A stretch of DNA of 54,874 nucleotides, the filler included, from Sphacelaria rigidula (Eukaryota): NCBI GenBank assembly GCA_964200075.2. It is 3 parts of 3 records of this genome, joined end to end, with 100 filler letters (N's around TTAATTAATTAA, not from the genome) between each part and the next. Parts side by side here need not be neighbours in the genome. Positions count along the whole stretch, not along the records: positions 36,653 to 54,874 come from CAXNAA020000891.1; 2 more parts are not named here. One strand, written 5' to 3'. Position 1 is the stretch's first letter. The number at the start of each line of letters is the position of its first letter. The notes beneath the pieces were generated by a model. It searched no databases. It was not told the origin of the DNA and saw only the letters and a list, made by a program, of their open reading frames with translations. Made by a program: the position numbers and the translations under genes. Of the stretch, positions 36,950 through 50,070 are shown piece after piece.

Positions 36950-38927
36950 TCTGCATGATAAACGAGGTGAAGGACTGAACCAGATTTTGCGAAAAAAACA
37001 GGATATATATGTCGGGCTTCGACCTCATGACCTCCATAATGATGTAATGATGACTGTTAATAATAGAGTCTCTGGTACTTGGACTACTACTACCCGTGCG
37101 CAACGGTGTCAAACCAAAAGTTGAACACTAAAATCCCGATTTGAGCAGTTTTCAGCCGACACTTCACAGGGATCTTTCGCGCGAGTCAAAAGTTTTGATC
37201 GGGGATGCCGCCGTTCTTTGCCCCTCATAGCGTTAGTTGGGTTGTGGGTATGGGTGGTATGCTCCTTGCACTCTGTGACCACGGGTTCGAGAGATCGACC
37301 TAATGTGACAAACATAACAGTAATAACAACAAAAATAATTGAGTTGTGACTTTGACTAGTTTCCGCCGAAATTTTCCATCGCTCTCCCTCCCTTTCTTCC
37401 CAACCCCAGAACCTATGGATTTCTTGTCACAATTTCAGTGCTCATATCCTCGAACAAAGCCCTGCATCACCTGCAAACCGACGAAGAAGACTGTCGGCTG
37501 ACTCGGCTCGTAGCCATTTCTCTGGGTGAAACGACGAGAAGGACCAAATAAGCCGTGCCATCTTCCGGGATGATACACTTGTCTGGCCTTCCATTCAAGG
37601 GGAAGGGAGAAAACTCAACAGGAAGGAAAGGAGAATGAAAATCGATGCTCCTACTTGTTTTATGAGAATGCTCTGAGAACCCCTTTCTTTCGTTTTGGAT
37701 TGTCGACGGAACATTTCCAATGGGGTAATCGGGGTAATTCTACGGCGGGGAGTAGGGGTGCACTTTTCAATCCAAACGTTTTCTGGGGTTACACAGTAAG
37801 GACCAGATCGGGTAGTCATCGAAAGGCCCTCAAAGGTCAGCTCGTCCCACAAAAAGGTACACTCCTACCGTGGGAAAACTCAGACACAGGTGAAAAATGT
37901 CGTATAACTCGTGGAACTTGCAATTGAAGTGTATGTGGACATAGTATTGGCCAGCGAAGGGATTGGCCCCTTATCATGTAACGTGTCCACACATGCTGAA
38001 AAGTAACTGCCAGAGGTTTGTGGGTACCCTTCTTGGCTGCTTTTTCCACGCATCCTGATATGGGTTGCAGAAAAACATGGTCCCAACAAGCTGGCTCGCT
38101 TTGTTGTTCACGATATTCCGTCTAAATTTGTAGACTTCAGACGATAAACCAAGACAGGTATTTGACCGACACACTTATTGGGTATGCGCACTCATGTATT
38201 CATCACTATTGCAGTTCGTTGTGGAAAGTACCGGGCTTTGACTGCCCAACATATATTTACTGCAGGCACAATCAACACGTTTTGAAGTGCTGGCAGCACA
38301 CGACACGCCGATACAAATCTCAACAGAATCCGAGATACGTGATCGATGTGCGTGCGGCTCGTGCCTGCACAGACCGACCGCGCACAGTCATCAAACGGAT
38401 GGTAAATGCCCTCTCCAACGGCACTAGGAGCCCTTCCCGCCCTTCCTACACATTACATGGATGGGCGAGCGAGCACGTCTGGGGTTTTGTAATAGCACGA
38501 CGGACTCACGAGTAGGTGATAAATAATTCACCGCTGCACGATCACAAAAAAGTAGTGCCATCACGGCACTCAGGTCGAGATTCCAAGAGAAAAAAATGCC
38601 TCTCAAGAGACAGAGACAAACGTTGGACGCATCTACTCCCGCGCCACAGTGCTGCGAAATGTGTACTCCGCAGGCGTTACCCTTGTTCACGAAAATACGT
38701 TTTTACCAGCTTAAATTAATCTCTCGTAAATATTGATGCCTTCATTTTCAGACGCCCCCACTCCCTCTTCACCTGCCCTCCAACCCTTAACGAAAAGTCA
38801 TCACTTTCTGAAACGAAATCTGGAATTTTCAAGACAATAACCTGATCTTACATTTACCCCCCCCCTTCCTCCCCTCCCCCCCGCAATCCGCTGCTTTCTC
38901 CCGCACGGCTAGAAAAACAAACTCCCA

Positions 38928-41900
38928 TCATCCCCTCCCTCTTGTCAACAGAGTCCACACGGGAGTCAACCACCCCCGCACCGCTTCTCCTTCTGACCGA
39001 TGAGTGGCATCATATTCCCCAGTGTCGTTGCTGGCATCATGATTCTCCTCGCGCACACGTTTAGTACGGATTCGCGTATTACTCCCTGCCCTTCCGTCCT
39101 TGCCCGTACTATTTTCATTGCCCTCTGCAGCTGCCGCGTCTGTCTCAGAAACGTTCTCTGGATCGTTCTTGTTTCTGGTGGAACCCGAGGTGAGCACGAC
39201 ACGAGAGGTGGTGCTGCTGCCTGAGCGGCGACGGACATCCGTAGGACCAGGTTTGAGAACGGCGCGGGTCAAGGTAACGCTTGCGGAGGTCGGTCGCCCG
39301 GAAACGGCGGAGTTTGGGACGCCACCGCTACCGCCAACATTAATCCTTTTCATTGTAACGCTCTCGCTGCTGCCCCCCGTGTTGTCGGTCGTGGCCTCGG
39401 GAGCGTCAGTCCGACCGGGAGCATCAGGGTTGGCGGAAGCAGGGGCGTGGGAAATAGCCAGCCTCATCCATCCGCTCACCTCACCGTTTTCGTCGATGTT
39501 GCCGTTGTCGGTGGAGGGGTCCGTAGGCAGCGGGGGGACATCGGCATCAGGTTTTTGGTCGGCGTTGGTTGTCCCGGCGCTGACGCCTGATGTCACTCCG
39601 CCCGGGTTGTCCTTTTCCCCGCGTCCGCCCGACACCTTGTCTACATCGCTCGCGGCGGTGGCCGCGGTCGACACCTCCCCCGCCGTTGCATCTCCTCGTC
39701 TTACCTCTTCTTTCCCGGATACCGTAGTACCAACTACTGCTGTCGTGGTGTACGATGCCCCGACGCATGTATTTTGATCTGTCAACCCTCGCGTCCCCAC
39801 TTTCAATTTTCCAAAATGAGAACCACCAACCGGCCTGCCGTACATTTTCCCGCCTCGCAGCAGCACTGTCGTGACAGATCCTTCTCCCTTCTCGCCTCCA
39901 ACGGTACGCCCCATATCCTCTTGACCATTTCTGGACGTCCCGTCTGCCGCAACACCGCAGGGCGGTTGTTCGGCAGTGGTGCAGGACCCTCGCCGAGTCG
40001 AGGCACGTACAGGGTCCGCCGTTGGTACTCGCCTTCGCTTCCGGGGCGGCTCTGAACTACTCTTCGGGTCGTCTTCGGCGTTGAGAGGTGGGCACGAACC
40101 GATTTCGTTCTCGTTCTCTTGTGGGAGGGGTACGGAAATCTGCTGCGTCCTCGCCTCGATAGATATCGGCTCTTCAACGGACGATGCAGATCGTTCCTTC
40201 GCTGCGTCGGAAGTGTTCTTGTCGTTGTTGGGTAGCGGCTTGCTCGACCTGGTCGCCACTGGCGGACAACGGACAACGCCAGCGCCTTGCGAAAGCTCGG
40301 AAGGTCTCGAAATCTCTTCGCTAGTTTCTCGCTGGTCCGGCTGCTGCCGTCGAAGCCGCATCCGCTTGCCGGTTCTAGTTTCGACAGGGTCGCAACCCTC
40401 TGCGATCCCGGCGGGAGCATCACCAGCATCGCCGGTGCGAGCCTCATCCTCTGGTCGCTTCATCAACACGGTGTTCATGGCTTCGAGTGAGGTTGTGCTG
40501 CACTGCCGCAGCGGCGCAGCGACCGCGGTGACAACCTCTATCTGCGTCACCGTACTCCCCTGCCGCGCACTCCTCCTCCTTCCAACACACTCGACGGTCG
40601 AACCTGCTTGCCCCGAACGCAGCTTCCTGCCCACCACCGGCGCCTCCGCCGTGGCGGCCTCCGGGGCGACCTGGACAGCGCCATCGCCGTCGCTTCCGCC
40701 GTCTCCATCCGGCACGCCACGTCCCGTAGTACCACCGATCGCCACCTTCTTTTCATCTCGATCCTGGGATCGCAATTTCCTCCCGGCCCCGTTTGTGACG
40801 GCATTCCTCCCGGACGTTCGAGACGCTCGGACGTTTCTTCCACGTAGCCTCCGTCCGGCCGTCCTTGCTTCACCCACCAGTATTTCTTTTTTTCGGCGCA
40901 GTACTTCCGACAGGGGAAGGTCCTCCCACGCCACAACTTCGTTCTCGTCCACAGCGGCCTTCTTTCGGCGCAGTACTTCCGACAGGGGAAGGTCCTCCCA
41001 CGCCACAACTTCGTTCTCGTCCACAGCGGCCTTCTTTCGGCGCAGTACTTCCGATAGGGGAAGATCCTCCCACGCCATGACTTCTTCCTCATCCACAGCG
41101 GCCGCCGCTGCATCGGCACCAGCTGCCTGACCTTCGCCAGCTCCTGTTTTTCCTACGCCATTTCTCGGCTTGTCCTCCATCGATTCCCTCGCGTGTTTGT
41201 TGCTCTCGGCCGCCACCACCCCCGTCGCCACCGTAGCAGAAGTGCTATCGCTATTGCAACATGTGCTGTCGTTGCTGGCGGCGGTGGTGGTAGTGCGGTT
41301 GCCGGTGCACTCCGCCGGAACGTCTGTGATTGCAGTAGCGTTCCCCCGGTGTCGAGTCACGACGGCCTCGCGTTCGCGAGCTCCTAACGAAGATGTGGTA
41401 TCCGTTTCCTCTGCGGGCGACGGTGATGTTGGTGTCGTTGTTGTGGTCGACGGAGGTGACAGTGCCTGACGTCTGGATGTCATAGCGCGGGTATGCACCG
41501 GTCCTTCCCTTGATCTAGTCCTCAATGCTGCGGGGGCAGTGCTTGAATGACGAGCCTGGGTAGTGCCCAACGGCGAGACAGACCGTTTCGGTGACACAGA
41601 TCTTTTCGGGGATCGAGCGCGGACACGTCTCCTTCTATCCTTCTGCTTCGGCTGCTCCCTGCTTCAAGGGGGAAGAGAAACATGCCGAAGCGGGAAAAGC
41701 AGGAAAGCAAGAACGGCACGGTGAATTGAAGGTGAAGGGAATAGGACGGGGTTGTCATGATAAAACACACTGCACACCGTGTGAATTCGACCCCGAGCGT
41801 TGCCGGGCAGATGAAGGCAAGTCGGAATAACACTTTTCTCCGCGGAGAGCAACTCCGTAACCGTATTTATTCATTCAACAGGGCGCGCCCAACACTGCCG

Positions 41901-44900
41901 GCAGCAGCGTCAGAAGTCAACAATGAAATGCCGACGAAAACCAAACCACTCACCCGTCAGGACGTCCACCATCCGCTCCATCTTCAACCACAACACAATC
42001 TACACCCTGTTCGCCCACCACGATCGGCCTCGTTTGCACACCCCGAGCGTCGTCGCTGGTCGAAGACAAGGTACCGTGAGTTTCTCCATTTCTCGCGCCC
42101 ACTGCGGCTGATACCACAGCAGCTTCTGCGCCATCAAGCCTCGTGCGCGCCGACCGCAAACTACTACGGCGCGCCAACTGCTGCTGGTGGTGCCGTACGT
42201 CTCGACCCTCCTTACCGACGCCATCGCGTGCACGCATGACCCCCCGACGGCAGGCAACAGCACTGTCCTCTGAAGTCTCGGAGGGAGTTGGCTGGGGCGC
42301 CGGGGATATTGGAGTCACCGATTCCACAGCGACCTTCGATGGAGAAGCAACGGACGCCACCGGTGCAGCAGGCGACGGCAGGACCGTCGGGCGTGGACTC
42401 TGCGCGGGCGGCGGAGAGTCCCACGCAACAGAGGGAACTGCTTCGATTTCGTGCACGGTCCCTTTCCCACGACCAGGAATCCCGTCGCCGCCGCCACCGT
42501 GGCGAACACCATCCATACCGCAACTACCGCCGTCTTTCACGCCGGTGTTTGCTGCGCCATCGTCATCGCCGCCATGGTTGTCCCTACTACCGGTATCGCT
42601 GTCGAATGCGTGGCTCTTTTTGTCAGTAGTGGTGTTGCTGGGGTCTGGAGACGTGAGCACAGGCGTTGATGCCGGCGCCGGAGACTCGTTCACCGAGAGA
42701 GGAGTGACGATTGCTGGAGTTTGCATACATCTGCGTGTAACCGGAAACGGAGAACCAAGTGGCATGGAAATCGGTGGGAAAAAGGCTTCAGTCCAACACG
42801 GCTTTTCGGAAAATATCCTCGTGATTTTTTTCCGGCACGTGCTTCAGAAGCAAGGCGTGTCTGGGCGATCGTGCTGCCTAGCTGTTTTCTCATGAGAAAT
42901 GATGAAACTCGACCCCCCGATCGACACACTCTCGTGACCGGAGGCAGACACATCTTCGGTTATTTCGAGTCTCCCCTATACGAACTCACTGCGACCTTTT
43001 CCCCGTTAAAGGCATGCATGTGACGACACACGCGATACGCCCGGTGTAGGTGTTTTCGTTGGGATCACCAAGCTATGCATGTGCCGCATCGTCACTCGAC
43101 AAAATGCTCGGCACACTCTCAAAGTGTAATGCAGTCGAGCACACCTCCGCGCATGTGGCTGTCATGCTGTGACAGCATCTAGCAAGCTCTGTGCACATTC
43201 CCGGCGCTCAATAAGCGTGGAGGTGAGATGCAGCTCTCCACAAGGGGTACAGATCGACAACAAAAAAGCCGGCTGCGCACGATGGGAAGCATATACACCG
43301 TACAGCTCCAATCTTCACGTAAGTTTAACGTTGGATATGACAATAAAATATAGTGCAGGTGGCCCATTACACACACGTACCTGGAAGGGGTCGACTTTTG
43401 CGCAGTGTCATTGGCCAACAGCGGGGTGGACCCCCTGGGAGTCGATTGCCTGAATTTCTCAGACGACACGGGGAGAAGAACGGTGGGTGTTACTCCGGCA
43501 CCGGGAGATCTCGCAGATCTAGTAGATCTAGTAGACCTGGTGGATCTGGTGGATTTTGCCCATCTCGTGGAACGAGAAACGCTGTCTGTGATGTCTCCAA
43601 TGTCAACATCAGCCTCAGTTAACTCGGCCTCGCTAGCTGACCGAGACTTCTCCGCTTCGACATTGGTTCCCGCCGCCGTGTTGTTTGGTGATGCACTGGC
43701 GGCACCACTGACATCGTTTTCAATACTCAGCCGCTCAGAAGCGGAACCCTTCAACGCCCTTGCCGTTTCGCGTTCCAATGACGATGACATCCTACGCGTA
43801 GCCGCCACCACTGCTTTCGCCGGCGCAGACGCCGCATGCTTGTCGCCACTTTTCTGGATCACTCTACTCTTCCCGAGGGCATCCGGAGACAGGACACGAG
43901 CCTCATTGGAAGCGGTCGAGTCCTTCCTGGAAGAGTTCCTCGTGATTCTTTTCGTCGCCGAAGCTTCTGGCGGAGCGTCGCGCAAAACTTGGCATGCATC
44001 GGCGTTCTCGTCCACCGCGGTGTCGTGCTTGGCGTCGTGCGCCGAGGAGCACGCCGTCGGCACAGCCACCCCAGCCGCGTAGTCGCGGTATCCCATCAAC
44101 CCACCCTGCCCCGCCTTGCGCTGTGAGGTGTCCACACTGTCATCGTCAGGTGATTCGGCGGCGATGGCGGCGGAACATGCCAAGTTACCGTCACTCCCTG
44201 ATCCATACATCTTCCGCTTTTCCATTCTGGCCACATCATCGCACTCAGGAGTTGCCCCCGCCGCCCCCGGCATCACCGCCCCCGACTCCTGCGACACTTC
44301 GGCCAGCGAGACTGTCCGTTCATCATTGCCGCAGCAGTCCAGAGAAGGGGAGAAAGGGAGTGGGCTGCTGCTCTCCCCGTCTGTTTTGCGATCGAGTTGT
44401 CTGCCAGTGGTCTCAGTCGTGGTAGCGGGGCTCGAGGAAGCCGACGGTGGCGGTAGAGAAGTGAGAGCTATCCGTTTGCCGTTACCGTTGCCGCTGCCGT
44501 CGTCGACTGTCGAACTTTCGTCAGCATGAGAGATACTGCCATCGGCTGACGAGCGTGACTGCGGCGAAGACGCCGGCAGCAACGGCATCGACGATGGTAT
44601 GGGGTTCCGCCGCGGCAGTGCCCGGCGCGACAGTTGTCGTTCCAGGGGAACGGGTGCCGACTTGGCCGGGAAGGAAGATTCCGGGGCCACGGGATGAGCA
44701 GAATCATCGCACATCGCAAGGTCGGACATCGCAGTAGCGCCAGCACCAACACTAGCGCAGGAAGATCGAGACGACTGTTTTGTCGGCGGTGGGGACCTAC
44801 GGCGTTGACGGGGCGGGGGCGGTGACGCAGTATCCGTAGAACTCGGAGATCCAGACGAACAAGGAGACGTGGACGTTGTAGAACTAGATGGAGACATCGT

Positions 44901-47638
44901 AGATCCCAATGGAGAAGTTGTCGGCGACGTGGAAGATGGCGGAGATCGTCCCCTCCTCAAGTCATCACCCGACGCCATTCCTCGCCCGAGTGTCTTCGCC
45001 GCACCCTCGGTCGCCACAGTCGTGGCCGTCGCCGCTGCCACCATCCTGGCGGAACGGTTGCGCGCTTCTTGCACTTGGAACATGCGGTGCCCCCTGGAGT
45101 ACGCGCCACCTGCCGCTACTGACGCCCCCCCTGTACCCATTCTGGTCAAGGCCTGCAGCGCGGCGTTACTCGAGCTGGCGTCAAGTGTGGCAGACGGGCG
45201 GGCGTGGAGACCATTCCAAAAACTGCCAGTTCGCGGCGCTTTTCCAAGGCACTGATGTTTTGTTTCACGTGGGGAAGGGACAGGCGTGCGGGGATTATTA
45301 GGGAGTGGAGGGGAATCGGATACTGAAAAATGGATATCAAGGGAAGGAGGATAAACTTCACTTTTAGGGGTTTCAGGTCTGCTGACTGGCAATTTTTGCT
45401 GTAGTTGCCATTTGAAAAGTATAAATCGACGGAATGTCGACACTCTCTAGGGTAGCCCCCTCCCCAAAACCAGCTCAAAACCGTCACAAGGAAATGGTAT
45501 ACAGCGCCTGCCTGATGTTTGGGTTCAGGCTGCATTAAGCGCCTCATGTGAGCGACATTGGCGAAAACAAACCCAAGCGTGGAAATTCCCAGCTACTTGT
45601 TGTGCTCGACTTTTTTCACTCCGACTCACGTGTAGATTTCGCCTCCCCACACTAGCCACTTTTGGGGGGGAGGCTATCGTAAAAAGTGCAAGTCGCTCGA
45701 CGCCGCGGGGAGCAGGGAGTGCGTTGATCGGGATGGAGGGAGGAGGGAGTCATCATGTTCACGCGTCACACACTATGTTGTTTGTCTCCCTGTGCGCACG
45801 GCGACATCAAAAAAGTGTTTCCATAATTCGTTGTAGCTCTCGGCCGATCCCTTTCCAAGCCATCGGAGAACAATTTCATGCCGATGGAGATGTCTCACCT
45901 TTCCATCATGGCGCGTCCCAGAAGGAGGCGAGCACCCGGCGCCCCCGACGTTGAGGTCCAACGTCTGGACAGAGGAGGCCAGCATCAGCCCCGCGCTCGA
46001 GCCTCTGGGGTTCAAAAGGCCCTTCGTTCGACGCAGAGCCCCACTACGCTTGGACAGGCGGGCCCCGGCTCCAGGTCCAAAATTATTGCTGTTGCTGTGG
46101 AGTTTTTCTCCACAACGGAGGCTACCCTCCTGTCACAATTCACACATTGATTTTTGCAGGCGCGTTTCAGGGGAAGTGGTGAGGAACGAATTGGTTGCTC
46201 AACCGCGCACACACCGCCACACGCTGCGGAAATTTCACATGTGATGCATGTGGACCACAGCCGTGGTCACGGCCATTTTTTTAATCAATTTCGTGCCGGT
46301 TTCTGAGCCCTTAAAACACCCTCCAATAATAGTGGACACCAGGGGCGATCGTACATACGGTTGCAGTGCTCCGTTTGCATGCAAGGTATAATCGTGTATA
46401 TCTCAAGGCTGTGTGGTTTCAGAAATTCAAACACCAAAGTGGTGCCCCCCATGCTATGAACCACTGACCGTACGAATGAGTATACATCCTCTTCTCCCTC
46501 CGTGTACTTGCTCTCCAGGGGAGTGCGGGATCAAACTGGCGGCTTTTGTCGGGCTTCAGCACCTAGTTGCTGTTCATAAGTAACTCAGCAGTGGTACCGT
46601 ACATGTACTGCTGTAGCAGACAAACGGAGAGAGCTACTGTACGGATATCACGGACCGTGCAGACAGCATGCATGACAGCCTCGTGCTTATTATTTTCAGT
46701 ATCAACGCCGGGTCTTTGTGAAGAGTACCCGATTTCGGGCCAAGTGAGAGCCAGGCTCAGAAGGTATGGGAGCGGCCAAATGTAGTTCAAACGGGGTTGC
46801 CAGTTCATGCGCAACGACACGCGTTAACGGTGTAGGGTAGTACAGTAGATACTACCCCACCGTGCTGGCTCATTGTACTATAATAGCGTTTGTACTTCTG
46901 TATCCAGAGGGTATCGATCCCGAGGTATCGCGCCATCAGGCAGCACCTCAAGGTATCTGACTGGGTAACTGGGGGCAACAAGACGAGCCCATCCCATTAT
47001 GGAATGACTTGTCCGTAACTTGTCTGCACGCGCTGGGGAGCACAGCAGTCCAGGCAGCGAGTCGTGTTCACCATCTGGGCGGGCCGCACAGGGTATATAC
47101 AGAGTAAGGCATGCTGAGACTGTTTATCCTCGCCGATTTCATAGTCGCATCACGGCGCCAGAATCCTGGTGACATGCTGCAACGACCCTCATCGGACATC
47201 AGGAATCGATTAAAATGCATTGAGAGCGCAAAACACAGCACCATCCTTTGCGGTCGCAATGTACAACAGTCACGTGATTGCCAACTCCTGCCATGCAACA
47301 TGCATGAAAAATGCAACACACCCCCTGCCGTCCTGACCAGCAACCGTTGGGCCAAATCAAAATCGGCGCGAAGTAGCTGCTGCCCAGCTTGGGGTCCCGA
47401 AACCTCTGCACCAAATTTGAAAAACGGGTCAAAACTCAGTACAAAAATTTCTCGCACACACACCAACCGACCAACTTACCTTGAATGATACCCTTTTCGG
47501 CTCGGCGCCTTCCGCGGACGAAGGTGTCCTGTCCCGGCGCAGAATAGACTTGGGTGTGATTGACCTGTAACTGTGGCTGTTGTTGTTGCTGCTGCCGGTG
47601 CCTTCCTGGGTGACATTGGCTAGGCATCCCTCCATCAT
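38928..47638 (-). CDS. Large (~1,940 aa) low-complexity, probably disordered protein with N-terminal PP1-docking motifs (KSILR, KRVSF, FDPALP); function unknown
   Basis: Exons 47638-47480, 46562-46474, 46094-45899, 45251-43381, 42730-41954 and 41658-38928 join in consistent phase with GT-AG sites, giving 5823 nt ending in TGA. Three long ORFs (754, 271 and 889 aa) fall into this frame. The exon 2 donor and the start ATG are the least certain parts. Confidence 0.8.
40890..41105 (-). repeat. Coding minisatellite, 72-nt unit x3 (AAVDENEVVAWEDLPLSEVLRRKK)
   Basis: GTACTTCCGA recurs at 40901, 40973 and 41045; the units are near-identical. Confidence 0.95.
45441..45688. mobile_element. MITE family B, copy 2 (in intron 3 of the large gene)
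   Basis: ~29-bp TIRs CACTCTCTAGGGTAGCCCCCTCCCCAAAA / TTTTGGGGGGGAGGCTATCGTAAAAAGTG; homologous to 36715-36949. Confidence 0.8.
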
Positions 47639-49049
47639 TTTCGTGCTGTCTGTCTGAGACCTGGTTGACGCTCCGTCGCGTGTTGCGCACTGCTCCTGAT
47701 CCACGCGGCTGTTGAAATATTCAGGTCCAAGCACGGTATTCAGCCACGCGTACACTGAAGGTAGCAGTGACAATAGCAGAGGTAGTGATGGTAGTGTGTC
47801 AAGCCCGCGTAGGGTTGTGGCGATTCGAGGGAAGCGCACTGTCTGTGAGAGAGAGGGCACGGAGCAAGATTTTTGATTTTTTGAATTTATCGGATTTTCA
47901 AGTCTTGACGGATTTCATAACTTCTGATTTCTCACGATGAATCCGATGTAGCCTGCTACGCTCTCTAGTCAAGCAGCACGTCAAATCAACCCTGGGGTTA
48001 TCGTATCGTCTGACGGGGAATGAGAACGGCTGACTGTACCCAGTGAAAGAGAGTGGGAGAGGAAAATATGAACCGTAGTGGACTACATTGATGGCAGTTA
48101 GTATTGACAACGAGGAGGTAGAGGCGTTCGATGCCTGTCCGGAGGTTGCGTCCGCCTACTCTGTGGGAGCACCGGTGGTGACCACCATCCTTGCTCGTCC
48201 CTATCCAAGGTGATATGAACGTTGATCGTTTTGGACATACTGCATGCAATCTTTACGCTGTAACTGGAGGGTATTGTCGATGCAGCACGTGGGGGCTTTC
48301 GTCGTAGACTGTTGTGGGGTCGCTTGATGAGAGGATGATCCGGGTTTGGTGATGTATCCAGTTGGCACTCTCACGGCATTCTGCGACGGTAGAGACCACT
48401 TTTTTTGGGGGGGGTGAGTGTGACTTCTGCGTCTTGATGTTTGCTTTGCTCGTACATTTGTTTGACTTTGAACGTAAAAACACGAGCGGGTGCTTTGGTT
48501 TCTTTTCGGAAGCTTCGTGTGCAAGAACGCGCCCAGAAAAGTTCGCAAGAAGTGGTAGTAGGACGAACCGGAGCAAAAGTACACGGCAACAACAGCAGCA
48601 GCTTCGTGGTATTCTCTCCTCTCGTTCGCGCTTTGATTCGCTGATTGATTGAGCTGTAGTTGCTGCATTCTCGGGTCGAAGCTGTTTCGACTTTCGTGTT
48701 CCCCGAAGCGATGTCACGTAATACAGCCCAAGTACCGTCTTCACTTGATCAAGACTGTCTGAGCGAAAATTTCGGCGGGCTGATGTAACTGGACCCGGAG
48801 AGGGTGCCCTGTGAACGTGATTTCAGACTCTATCGTCGGAGACATCCGTGTCTTATCCACTGCTCGCAATCATTGGCATGTCTCGACTGTATACGGTACT
48901 GATTATTGAAGAGGCGTCGTAGAGGACGGAAGATGTCCCTTTTTATCAGTTTGTGGCGTAGCGAAGCGTTGTTCCTACAGCATGCGCATACATCTGTCGT
49001 TGTACTACGACGCATGCACATGGCATTCCCGATGTTTATTTTATCAGTC

Positions 49050-49283
49050 CAGTAGTGGGTACCGTAATACTGTAAGTGCACGAAGGCCGACAGTCACCAT
49101 CGACGAGGGAAAAGGAACGCCGAACCCGTGTCCGAGCAAAGGGTAAACACCGCAGAGGGATGGTGAAGTACTATCAAAACAACAACACTAGAAATAACGA
49201 ACTCCTATGTTGACCTCCCTCCTGTTCGACCCCGGATGATGCGCCCACATAAAAAGAGAGGTGTAGACTGATGTCCGGAATAC
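49050..49283 (+). mobile_element. Diverged 3' portion of the same SINE family
   Basis: TCGACGAGGGAAAAGG...CACCGCAGAGGGATGGTG...GTTGACCTCCCTCCTGT...GACCCCGGATGATGCGCCCACATA...GTAGACTGATGTCC matches 5390-5600. Confidence 0.7.
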
Positions 49284-49301
49284 ATGGGATGACAACATAA
49301 C

Positions 49302-49337
<36 letters not shown>

Positions 49338-50070
49338 ACCCGCACACAGGACGGCGAACACCAACGAACAAGGGACTCCACGNNNNNNNNNNCCCCCCGG
49401 TGGAGGCCCCCACAAAAAAAGGAGGGGTGGCTTGATGTCCGGAAACACTGGGATCAAAACAAAACACCCCCCCCCCCCCCCCCCCCCCACACACACACTG
49501 TAGAGGCGTCGAAGATAGAGTACCTTCATCTGGAGGCGAACATCTAGTGGTGAGGTGCTTGACGTGTCGAAGAATCAAGCTGGTCTACCGAACTGCACAG
49601 CACACCGTAGCGAGAGCGACAGAGATGGACATGTGTGGATGTTGACTGTATATCAAATATTAAAACGAGTACACGAGTACAAAGTCAAATATATAGTATG
49701 GTGTCGTTTTGCACCAAGTTCCGGTTCCTCCTGCAACCAGGATGTGCCGATTCGGCAGTTCAACAGTACAGTAGTAGCACTCGTATATACTTTTGCCTCC
49801 CGTCTCTCTGTCTTTTGGCATTCACACGTTTTAGCAATATTGCAATGTTGTACATGTTGACGGAACAACCGCCATAAAAGCAGAGTATGATGGCCTCTGC
49901 CAACAGCTGCTCGAGCAGCTACACCAGTATCTCAATGTCCATGCACATTTTGTTACAGTAATTGAAGTGGGCTAGCTCTCTCTGATACCTAGACCATCTT
50001 GTACGTCAACCAATCCATACAGTGTTGCAATTAGCTAATGTGAGATAATCAATCAATCAACAGTATTTGT

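Noticed and set aside
40890-41105. CRISPR-like array
   Set aside because: Contiguous 72-nt tandem units with no unique spacers, in frame within a eukaryotic exon.
39100-44529. Long plus-strand ORFs (225, 384, 250, 225 aa and others)
   Set aside because: Antisense shadows of the GC-rich minus-strand exons.
38928-47638. Assignment of the large gene as RIF1 or KNL1
   Set aside because: It shares SILK/RVxF motifs, but no HEAT-repeat, MELT or RWD regions are visible, so no gene symbol is given.
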